64,000 bases of DNA from Paludibacteraceae bacterium (lineage in GTDB: Bacteria > Bacteroidota > Bacteroidia > Bacteroidales > Paludibacteraceae): assembly GCA_016297215.1 (NCBI GenBank), contig JAEDGZ010000007.1, positions 1,312 through 65,311 of the forward strand, in the 5' to 3' direction. A model generated the notes under the pieces. It did not search any database. It saw only the letters and a list, made by a program, of their open reading frames with translations, and was not told where the DNA came from. How positions within the stretch are numbered: the stretch's first letter is position 1; every line of letters starts with the position of its first letter. The translations under genes were made by a program, and so were the position numbers. Below are positions 46,334 through 53,995 of the stretch, piece after piece.

Positions 46334-48034
46334 TTACTTCCCTCTTGTGGCGGGGGTAGTGCCGAAGAACTCGCGGTAGCACTTCGAGAAATAAGACGGA
46401 GAGGTGAAACCCACGGAATAAGCGACCTGCTGGATAGTCAGGTCGGTATTGAGCAACATCTGCTTTGCCTTACGCAAACGAATATGGCGTATTAACTCCA
46501 CGGGAGAGACTCCCATCAAGGATTTGGTTTTTCGGAAGAGTTGTGCGCGGCTCATGCTCAACTCGTCGCTCAGCGCTTCTACATTGAACTCGGAATCATC
46601 CAAGTGGCGCTCTATCGTATTCTGCAGTTGCTCCACGAAGCGTTCGTCCACCGACTGTTCGGATTTCGTGCGCTCCAGCGCCGCGGTCATGTCCTCCAAC
46701 TGCTTTTGTTGCTGCGCCACTATGCGCGCACTCTCTTCCCGCTCGCGCTGCACACGCAACGAGTACTGATAGACCCGAAAGAGCACCACCGCCAAGACCA
46801 CGAGCAGCAGCAAGAAAGAGACTAACAAGATTAGGGCAATACGCTGGGCGCGTGCTGTATCCCACAAGCGTTTGAAACGACTTTCCAATTCATTGGAGAC
46901 TGCCACCTGTCGGTCTATCTCCTCGGCAATCTGCTGCAAGGGGAGTGCCGCATCGCGGTCTATCAACAGCGTCGGCAGACGCACGATACGCTCATAGGGT
47001 TCGCCATGCAGTATCTTCACCGCCGTCTGTATCACCAAATCGCCGCGACTGGGATAGGTAGCAGTCATGTCTATCTCGCCTTTGAGCAACGCCTCCACGC
47101 CACCGCCCTTGCCGACGATGCCGTCCACGCCCATTATTTTGGGGGCATCTAAATCTCCCTTAAAGGGAGACTTAGAGGTGGCGGCATCGGTTTGCTTACT
47201 GTTAGAGGCTAAAATATTCCCCCTTCCCATGCGGTTTTTGCAGGCTTCGTAAGCACCTATTGCCATCGGGTCGTTCTGCGCTATAATGGCGTCTATTTGC
47301 GGGTAGAGAGATAATAACGAGTCGGTCACCACTCTGGCATTCTCGCGGAACCATGCTCCGCAGGCAGCCCCCACTATCTGCACCTCGGGGTGTTCTTGCA
47401 GGCTGTCCATCATGCCTTTGTGCCGCCACACCATCGGCGTGGAGCCGGGCAAGCCTTGTATTTCCAAGACGCGCAAGGGACGTCCTTCGGGTACGATAGA
47501 GAGCAACCACTGCGCCATGAGTTGCCCCACTGCGTAGTTGTCCCCACCGATGAAAGCCGTCCATTTCTCGCCCGATACCTGCCTGTCCGCCACTATCACG
47601 GGAATCCCCGCGTCGTAGGCGCGGCTCACGGCAGGCTTCACCTCTTCCGCCTCATTGGGAGATACAATGAGCAAATCGACTCGCTCTGCTATGAAAGAGT
47701 CGATTTGCTGACACTGAATCTCACTGTTGTCGCTCGCCTGACGAATATGCAGGGTTAAGTCGGGATGGAATATCAGTTCCTGCTCCATCTCCTTGTGCAT
47801 ACGCATACGCCACGCGTCATCCGAACATTGGCTCACGCCAATGATATACTGCGGAGACGGCTTCGGCGCAGAGCACCCCATCAGGCATGCTACGAGGCAG
47901 GCACAAAGAAGACCCACCCCTGCCCTACATGACCCCCTCCAACTCCCCCTACGAGAGCACCAAAAAAAACAGAGATTTTTCGGGGACCCCGCAAGGGGGA
48001 GAGAAAAATATACTCGTTTAGCGGTTGAGAGCAT
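46334..48034 (-). CDS. Membrane-anchored periplasmic sugar-binding / AraC-HTH one-component regulator (start uncertain: 48034 or 48100)
   Basis: A type I periplasmic binding domain (IGVSQCSDDAW..LIVSPNE..VIVADR..IIAQNDPMA) is followed by one TM helix (IALILLVSFLLLLVVLAVVLF). About 45 aa of coiled coil and an AraC HTH (..QVAYSVGFTSPSYFSKCYREFFG) complete it. No HisKA, HATPase or receiver motifs are present. Confidence 0.8.
   Translation of the reverse strand: MLSTAKRVYFSLPLAGSPKNLCFFWCSRRGSWRGSCRAGVGLLCACLVACLMGCSAPKPSPQYIIGVSQCSDDAWRMRMHKEMEQELIFHPDLTLHIRQASDNSEIQCQQIDSFIAERVDLLIVSPNEAEEVKPAVSRAYDAGIPVIVADRQVSGEKWTAFIGGDNYAVGQLMAQWLLSIVPEGRPLRVLEIQGLPGSTPMVWRHKGMMDSLQEHPEVQIVGAACGAWFRENARVVTDSLLSLYPQIDAIIAQNDPMAIGAYEACKNRMGRGNILASNSKQTDAATSKSPFKGDLDAPKIMGVDGIVGKGGGVEALLKGEIDMTATYPSRGDLVIQTAVKILHGEPYERIVRLPTLLIDRDAALPLQQIAEEIDRQVAVSNELESRFKRLWDTARAQRIALILLVSFLLLLVVLAVVLFRVYQYSLRVQREREESARIVAQQQKQLEDMTAALERTKSEQSVDERFVEQLQNTIERHLDDSEFNVEALSDELSMSRAQLFRKTKSLMGVSPVELIRHIRLRKAKQMLLNTDLTIQQVAYSVGFTSPSYFSKCYREFFGTTPATRGK
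47941..48003 (+). repeat. ~60-nt GC-hairpin element, copy 2
   Basis: The sequence aactccccctacgagagcaccaaaaaaaacagagatttttcggggaccccgcaagggggagag has the same orientation as copy 1 at 5631-5690. Confidence 0.9.
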
Positions 48035-48058
48035 TTGAAACTTGAAACTTTTTACAAA

Positions 48059-48085
48059 GCGGGCGAGACGCCCGCGCACCCGGAC
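48059..48085 (+). repeat. REP-like hairpin
   Basis: The sequence is gcgggcgagacgcccgcgcacccggac. Confidence 0.9.
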
Positions 48086-48099
48086 AAAAGACCTTACCA

Positions 48100-49371
48100 T
48101 TATTCCGTCGGGATGTCTTTATTGACGTTCTTGCTGCCTACCAGTGCATACCAGAGGATATACGCAAGCCCTGCCACCGGCACGATATACGAGAACAGGT
48201 AGGAAGTGTGGTCTGCCAAAAGGTTCTGGAAGAAAGGCAGGATACCGCCGCCGCATACCAGCGCCATGAAGATACCGCTCGCTGCCGGCGTGTATTTACC
48301 CAAGCCCTCGGCGGAGAGGTTGAAGATACTACCCCACATCACGCTCGTACACAGACCGCAGCAGAACATCATAATCATGCTAATAGGCAATTCCATACCC
48401 TTGAAGGTAATCACCCACGTCTCGGGGAAGAACATCACGCAGAGCAACAGCACGATACCTACACCTGCCGCCACCGACAGCATCGCCTTGCTGCTCACCT
48501 TGCCGCCAACAACGCCACCCAAGAGACGACCGCACATCATCATCAGCCAGTAGAAGCCAATCACCGTACCCGCGATAGCAGGACCTACGGCAGGGGTGCC
48601 GGACATATAGAGGTTAGCCGTGTTGGGAATACCTACCTCCACACCTACATAGCAGAAGATAGCCACCGCACCCAGCACGAAATGGCGGAACGACAGCGGA
48701 CTGTACTTATCCGCATTCTTATCCTCTTTAAGCGCGGCAGCCCTGCGTTGCTCAGGAGTTTCGATATGCGGCTCGGGAATCTTGGTGAGGGCAATAATAA
48801 CAAACGCCACCAAGAAGATAGCCATAGCAATCAACATCGCAGGTGCCGCATCGCCTACGCTGGCTTTCGCTGCCTCGCCACCGATGAGGTAACCCAAGAG
48901 GATAGGTGCGATAGTGCCGCCGATGGAGTTCATAGACCCACCGAACTGCACCAGTTGGTTACCGCGCTTGCCGCCACCGCCAAGGGTATTGAGCATGGGG
49001 TTCACCACCACGTTGAGCAAGCACATACTCATACCGGCAATGAAAGCACCCAACACATACACACCGAAACTCTCCGCAGGCCCGCTCAACCACTGGATAC
49101 CTACGCCCACAAAACCTACGGCTGCCGCCAGCAGGGAGGTGAATTTATAGCCTTTGCGTTTGAGGATGACACCCGCGGGCACACCCAAGACGGCGTACGC
49201 AATGAAGTTAGCCAAGGTACCCAGTTGCGACATGGCGTTGCTGGCTCCAAACTGATTTTTCACAATGACGCCCATCGAACCCGCAAAGTTCGTAACAAAG
49301 GCTATCATAAAGAAAAGGAGGAACATCACCGCGATGGGGAGGATGTTGCGATTAGTTGATTGTTTTGTCAT
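48100..49371 (-). CDS. MFS sugar:H+ symporter (FucP / glucose-galactose transporter family)
   Basis: 423 aa and 12 TM, with N-terminus MTKQSTNRNILPIAVMFLLFFMIAFVTNF typical of FucP-like permeases. Confidence 0.85.
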   Translation of the reverse strand: MTKQSTNRNILPIAVMFLLFFMIAFVTNFAGSMGVIVKNQFGASNAMSQLGTLANFIAYAVLGVPAGVILKRKGYKFTSLLAAAVGFVGVGIQWLSGPAESFGVYVLGAFIAGMSMCLLNVVVNPMLNTLGGGGKRGNQLVQFGGSMNSIGGTIAPILLGYLIGGEAAKASVGDAAPAMLIAMAIFLVAFVIIALTKIPEPHIETPEQRRAAALKEDKNADKYSPLSFRHFVLGAVAIFCYVGVEVGIPNTANLYMSGTPAVGPAIAGTVIGFYWLMMMCGRLLGGVVGGKVSSKAMLSVAAGVGIVLLLCVMFFPETWVITFKGMELPISMIMMFCCGLCTSVMWGSIFNLSAEGLGKYTPAASGIFMALVCGGGILPFFQNLLADHTSYLFSYIVPVAGLAYILWYALVGSKNVNKDIPTE

Positions 49372-49401
49372 GATATTTAGTTATTTTAATGTTAATGATT
49401 T

Positions 49402-49426
49402 ATCGGAGTAATCGGAGTAATCGGAG
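49402..49426. repeat. 9-nt tandem array (cggagtaat x2.7) upstream of the MFS gene
   Basis: The sequence is atcggagtaatcggagtaatcggag. Confidence 0.85.
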
Positions 49427-49477
49427 GGCGCAAACTTCCCCACTTGCTGAGACCTGACACATGAAACTTCTAACACC

Positions 49478-49502
49478 GCAGGCGAGACGCCTGCGTCCCC
49501 AG
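49478..49502 (+). repeat. REP-like hairpin
   Basis: The sequence gcaggcgagacgcctgcgtccccag is identical to 53562-53586 and 63048-63072. Confidence 0.95.
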
Positions 49503-49509
49503 TGATTTC

Positions 49510-51513
49510 TCACAGTCGCTCTTGGAGAAACCGCATAAACCGCCGATGAAGATGTGCGTAGTTGTTGCCTCGTTTCAGGAAGTGGTTGTCGTAGGGGTAG
49601 AGTTGCAGGTCAAACTGCTTGCCGGCTTCTACTAAGGCGTTGATATACTGCATACTGTGCTCTGGGTGTACGTTGTCGTCCGCCAAGCCGTGCACCAGCA
49701 GGAGGTTGCCTCTCAGGTCTTTCGCGCGGGGCAGCAGGCTGCTCTCGACATAGCCGAACTCGTTCACCTGCGGGCGGCGCATATAGCGCTCGGTGTAAGC
49801 GGCGTCGTACAGTTGCCAGTCGGTTACGGGTGCCACGGCGATGCCGCACTTGAACGGACTGTCTGCGCAAGACATCGTGCGCAGCGTCTGGTAGCCACCG
49901 TAACTCCATCCCCAGAGGCAGAGCCTGTCTTTGTCCACGTAGGGGAGGGACTGCATGTAGTGCGCCGCCGCTATCTGGTCTTCTGCCTCCACCTTGCCCA
50001 ACTGCATGTAGGACGCATTGCGGAAGGCGCGTCCGCGGCAGTCGGTCCCGCGCGGGTCGAAGCATGCCACCACGTAGCCTTGCTCCGCGAGGTAGTACTC
50101 CCAGCGTTTGCGCCAACGGTTGAGCACCATCTGGCTCGCAGGACCGCTGTACTGCACCATCACCACGGGGTATTTCTTTTGTGCGTCGAAGCCCGCGGGC
50201 TTGATGATATAGCCGTTGAGCCCGCCGTCCGTCTTCACGAACTCCGCCTCGGGCAAGCCTGCCGCCTGCCAAGCCGCAGCCACCGCGGCGTTGTCTTTCA
50301 CCACCTCCTTGCGCTGCACCGCCGCCGTCTTGGGGTTGACGGTATATAAGGTGTACTGTGGAGGAGTCGTCAGCGATTGGTAGCAGTCCAACATGCGGCG
50401 GTAGTCCGCCGAGAAACGCAGGCTGTGCATACCGTCGTCGGGTGTGAGCGGTGTGGTGGTGCCTTTCTTCAGGTTCAGCGCCATGCCCTGTCGCGTGAGC
50501 GGCGTGGTCGCTTGACAATAGTAGAGCATACCGTTCTGCTCGTCGTAGCCGTAGATTTCGGTCAGGTCAATGCCGTCTGCCGTCAGTTGGCGGAGCATCT
50601 TCCCCTGCGCAGAGTAGAGATAAGCACTGCGCCAACCATTGCGCTCCGAGAGCACGATGAAGCGGTTGTCCGACAGCCATTGCCACTCGTCAAAGAGTTG
50701 GAAATCAATGAGGTAGTCCTTCGACTCCTCCTTGTAGAGCGGGCTCACCACGGTCGATTTGGGGTTGCAGGAGAGCAGTTCCTGCCTGTTCTGGTCGCGG
50801 TTGAGTTTCAACACCAGCAATTGCGCCGGCTGGTCTTTGACGATGTTTGTCCAGCGCAAGCGCGGCAGGTAGCATTCTTCATCGCCGGTATGTGTGGGAA
50901 TGGTGCGTATGGCTTTGGTAGCAATGTCATAGACGCAGAGCGTGGCACGGGGGATGGTCTTGCCCGCGCGCGCATAGCGTATAGTAAGGTCCGGCAAGAC
51001 GCAACTATCCACCGCCGACTGGTCCAAGCGGATGAACGCCAACTGCTTGGAGTCGGGCGAGAAAGCGAAGAGACAAGTGGTGGAGAACTCCTCCTCGTAG
51101 AGCCAATCGGCTACGCCGTTGATGATATTCGGGTTCTCGTCGTTGGTTACCGCCACCTCCGTGCCGAAGTCCAACTTGTGGAGATAGAGGTTGTTGCCCT
51201 TGGCGAAAGCGACGTAGCGTCCGTTGGGCGACATGACGGCATCGCGTACCGCACAGTCCGTCAGCGGCTTACGCGTTTGTTTAAGTGTATCAAGGATAGT
51301 GTAATCCGCCAAGAAAGAGCGGCGGAAGAGGGATTGCTGATTGGCGTATTCGAGGCGGTAGCGCCCTGCGGGAACATTGCCAAGAAGGCTGTCCATCTGC
51401 ACCTCGGAGAGGGTCTCTGCGTCGTACTTGCCGCCTAAAATATCATCGAGTGTATCCGCTTGCACCAAGAAAGGCGCAACAAAAAACAAAATCAGTATCA
51501 AGCAATGCTTCAT
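49510..51513 (-). CDS. Dipeptidyl-peptidase IV (S9B prolyl oligopeptidase family)
   Basis: 667 aa with a signal peptide, an N-terminal beta-propeller (DPPIV_N-like ADWLYEEEF) and the catalytic GWSYGG. Confidence 0.88.
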   Translation of the reverse strand: MKHCLILILFFVAPFLVQADTLDDILGGKYDAETLSEVQMDSLLGNVPAGRYRLEYANQQSLFRRSFLADYTILDTLKQTRKPLTDCAVRDAVMSPNGRYVAFAKGNNLYLHKLDFGTEVAVTNDENPNIINGVADWLYEEEFSTTCLFAFSPDSKQLAFIRLDQSAVDSCVLPDLTIRYARAGKTIPRATLCVYDIATKAIRTIPTHTGDEECYLPRLRWTNIVKDQPAQLLVLKLNRDQNRQELLSCNPKSTVVSPLYKEESKDYLIDFQLFDEWQWLSDNRFIVLSERNGWRSAYLYSAQGKMLRQLTADGIDLTEIYGYDEQNGMLYYCQATTPLTRQGMALNLKKGTTTPLTPDDGMHSLRFSADYRRMLDCYQSLTTPPQYTLYTVNPKTAAVQRKEVVKDNAAVAAAWQAAGLPEAEFVKTDGGLNGYIIKPAGFDAQKKYPVVMVQYSGPASQMVLNRWRKRWEYYLAEQGYVVACFDPRGTDCRGRAFRNASYMQLGKVEAEDQIAAAHYMQSLPYVDKDRLCLWGWSYGGYQTLRTMSCADSPFKCGIAVAPVTDWQLYDAAYTERYMRRPQVNEFGYVESSLLPRAKDLRGNLLLVHGLADDNVHPEHSMQYINALVEAGKQFDLQLYPYDNHFLKRGNNYAHLHRRFMRFLQERL

Positions 51514-51559
51514 AACGTATTTTCGTTTGGGTTTTGTTCGTTTTTTTTCATTTTCGGCG

Positions 51560-51567
51560 CAAAATTA
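51560..51567 (-). promoter_or_regulatory. -7 box TAATTTTG upstream of the DPP-IV gene
   Basis: The reverse complement of caaaatta lies 47 nt upstream of ATG 51513. Confidence 0.5.
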
Positions 51568-51651
51568 CGCTTTTTTTTCGGTTTATGCAAATTCTTTACC
51601 TTTATTTTTGATTTACCCTCCCTAAAATTTGGTCAGCCATTATTTTTTTAC

Positions 51652-51659
51652 TACCTTTG
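51652..51659 (+). promoter_or_regulatory. -7 box TACCTTTG upstream of the SDR gene
   Basis: This is an exact TAnnTTTG match, 113 nt upstream of ATG 51772. Confidence 0.5.
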
Positions 51660-51680
51660 CACTCGCAAAGAGAAACTACA

Positions 51681-51762
51681 ATTGAGTTTAGTGTGGAGAG
51701 TTTAGAGTTGAGCGATGATTAAACTCTTAACACTCAACTCTCAATACTCAACTCTCAACTCA
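51681..51762. repeat. Inverted pair of heptamer arrays (gagttga / tctcaac type)
   Basis: Segment 51681-51714 (attgagtttagtgtggagagtttagagttgagcg) is roughly the reverse complement of 51722-51762 (aactcttaacactcaactctcaatactcaactctcaactc). Confidence 0.8.
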
Positions 51763-51771
51763 AAAACAACC

Positions 51772-52524
51772 ATGATTACTTTTATCACAGGTGCATCGTC
51801 GGGCATAGGCGCGGCGTGCGCAAAGAAGTTCGCCCAAGGGGGCTATGACCTGATTCTGAACGCTCGTAACGTGGAGCGGCTGGAAGCGTTACAAAAAGAG
51901 ATAGAGACCTCCTATGGCAGGCGGGTGTTGCTGTTGCCCTTCGATGTCCGCGACCGTCAGGCAGCGCGCATGGCGGTCAATAACCTGCCCACGGAATGGC
52001 AGGATATAGACGTGCTCATCAACAACGCAGGGCTCGCGCTCGGGCTCGACAAAGAGTACGAAGGCAACGAAACCGACTACGACACGATGATAGAGACCAA
52101 CATCACCGCCCTCTTGATGATGACGCGGCTCGTAGTGCCCGCCATGGTCAAGCGCGGCAAGGGGCATATCATCAACATTGGCTCCGTGGCTGGCGATGCT
52201 GCCTACCCGGGTGGCTCCGTCTATTGCGCCACCAAAGCAGCGGTGAAGACCCTGTCGGACGGCTTGCGTATGGACCTCGCGCCCACGCCCCTGCGCGTTA
52301 CGAACATCAAACCCGGGCTCGTAGAGACCAACTTCAGCGTTACCCGTTTCCACGGCGACAAAGAGCGGGCAGACAATGTCTATAAGGGCATCAAGCCGCT
52401 GACGGGAGAGGACATAGCCGACGTGGCGCTATATGCGGCAAGCGCACCCGCACACGTGCAAGTGGCAGAGGTGCTGGTGCTCGCCACCCACCAAGCCTCC
52501 GGCAGCGTGGTACATCGGGAATGA
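51772..52524 (+). CDS. SDR family NAD(P)-dependent oxidoreductase (YdfG/serine 3-dehydrogenase-like)
   Basis: The start is at MITFITGASSGIG (51772); the ORF-track extension reads through the heptamer array. The YxxxK motif is (YCATKAAV) and the length is typical. Confidence 0.85.
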   Translation: MITFITGASSGIGAACAKKFAQGGYDLILNARNVERLEALQKEIETSYGRRVLLLPFDVRDRQAARMAVNNLPTEWQDIDVLINNAGLALGLDKEYEGNETDYDTMIETNITALLMMTRLVVPAMVKRGKGHIINIGSVAGDAAYPGGSVYCATKAAVKTLSDGLRMDLAPTPLRVTNIKPGLVETNFSVTRFHGDKERADNVYKGIKPLTGEDIADVALYAASAPAHVQVAEVLVLATHQASGSVVHRE

Positions 52525-52537
52525 TGAATTATGAATT

Positions 52538-53995
52538 ATGAGCGCTCATGCTCTGAATGCTCCGAATATTCTGATTACTCCGACAATCTTCAAATTTTCA
52601 AATTGCTTCATGCGTTCCGGTAGCAACAGACAATACACTCGAGAGGTGCGAGCAGACGACAGCACCTATATCCGCGTGGCAGGCACCTGCCTCGAGGAGA
52701 ATCATGCGTTCATCACCCTCGCCCGCCATTTCCGCAGCAAAGGGCTGCCCGTGCCCGAAATCTATGAGGTAAGCAACGATGAGATGGTCTATACTCAAGA
52801 GGACTTGGGCGACACCCTGCTCTTCGACTACATCCGCCACGGGCGCGAGACGGGCTGTTTCTCCGAGGAGGAGAAAAGCATGCTCCGCCGCGTCATTCGC
52901 CTGCTGCCGCATGTACAGACAGAGGGCACCGAGGGACTTGACTGGAGCGTATGTTACCCTGTCCCCGCTTTCGACCGCCAGTCCATCTTCTGGGACTTGA
53001 ACTATTTCAAGTACTGCTACCTGAAAGCCACGCAGCAGGACTTCTCCGAGCCTGCATTAGAGGCGGACTTCAATCGGCTGGCGGACACGTTGCTCGCCTT
53101 CCCATGCACGGGATTCATGTACCGCGATTTCCAGTCTCGCAACGTGATGGTGCGCGACAGAGTGCCCTATCTCATTGATTTCCAAGGCGGAAGACGTGGT
53201 CCCTTGCTCTATGACCTTGTCTCCTTCCTCTGGCAAGCCAAAGCGAACTTCCCCGCCGCGCTCCGCCAAGAACTAATAGCGGAATACGAAGACGAACTGC
53301 ACCACATACCCGAGGCAGGGCGATATATCTCCCTGCCGATTGGGGAGGCACACGTGGGGGTATTCGTCCTCTTCCGCACTTTGCAGGTGCTGGGAGCCTA
53401 CGGCTTCCGCGGCTATTTCGAGCGCAAGCCCCATTTCTTGCAGTCTATCCCCTTTGCCCTGCGCAATGCCGCGGAGTTGCTGCGCGAGCAGCCTGCGCTG
53501 GCGAGTGCGTATCCTGAGATAAGCCGTGTGCTGCTTGCAGTGGGAGAGTCGGTGCTTGACCGCAGGCGAGACGCCTGCGTCCCCAGTGAGGGCAACACGC
53601 CGCTCACCGTTACCGTCTGCTCGTTCTCCTTCAAGAAAGGCATCCCGGAGGATAAGTCGGGCAACGGCGGCGGCTATGTCTTCGACTGCCGCTCCACCCA
53701 CAACCCGGGCAAGTACGAGCAGTACAAACACCTGACGGGCAAAGACCAACCCGTGATAGATTTCTTGGAGCAGGACGGCGAGATACTGACATTCTTGGAA
53801 AGCGTCTATCGCCTCATTGACCACCATGTAGAGCGTTTTCTGGAGCGCGGGTTTTCCCACTTGCAAATCGCTTTCGGATGCACAGGCGGGCAACACCGCT
53901 CCGTCTATTCCGCCGAAGCCGCGGCGCGCCATCTGCGTGAGCGATTTCCGAACATCCATATCGAACTCTTCCATCGCGAGCAACCCCACCTATGA
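52538..53995 (+). CDS. amgK: Anomeric MurNAc/GlcNAc kinase (AmgK-like APH-fold) fused to a RapZ C-terminal domain
   Basis: The N-terminal part has APH/AmgK motifs (GSNRQY, YRDFQSRNVMV, LIDFQGGRRGPLLYDLVSFL). The C-terminal ~130 aa match the RapZ/YvcJ C-domain (FDCRSTHNPG...FGCTGGQHRSVY). The start may be 52610 (MRSGSNRQY). Confidence 0.75.
   Translation: MSAHALNAPNILITPTIFKFSNCFMRSGSNRQYTREVRADDSTYIRVAGTCLEENHAFITLARHFRSKGLPVPEIYEVSNDEMVYTQEDLGDTLLFDYIRHGRETGCFSEEEKSMLRRVIRLLPHVQTEGTEGLDWSVCYPVPAFDRQSIFWDLNYFKYCYLKATQQDFSEPALEADFNRLADTLLAFPCTGFMYRDFQSRNVMVRDRVPYLIDFQGGRRGPLLYDLVSFLWQAKANFPAALRQELIAEYEDELHHIPEAGRYISLPIGEAHVGVFVLFRTLQVLGAYGFRGYFERKPHFLQSIPFALRNAAELLREQPALASAYPEISRVLLAVGESVLDRRRDACVPSEGNTPLTVTVCSFSFKKGIPEDKSGNGGGYVFDCRSTHNPGKYEQYKHLTGKDQPVIDFLEQDGEILTFLESVYRLIDHHVERFLERGFSHLQIAFGCTGGQHRSVYSAEAAARHLRERFPNIHIELFHREQPHL
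53562..53586 (+). repeat. REP-like hairpin inside the amgK-rapZ_C ORF (domain linker)
   Basis: The sequence gcaggcgagacgcctgcgtccccag is translated in frame as RRDACVPS. Confidence 0.95.
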
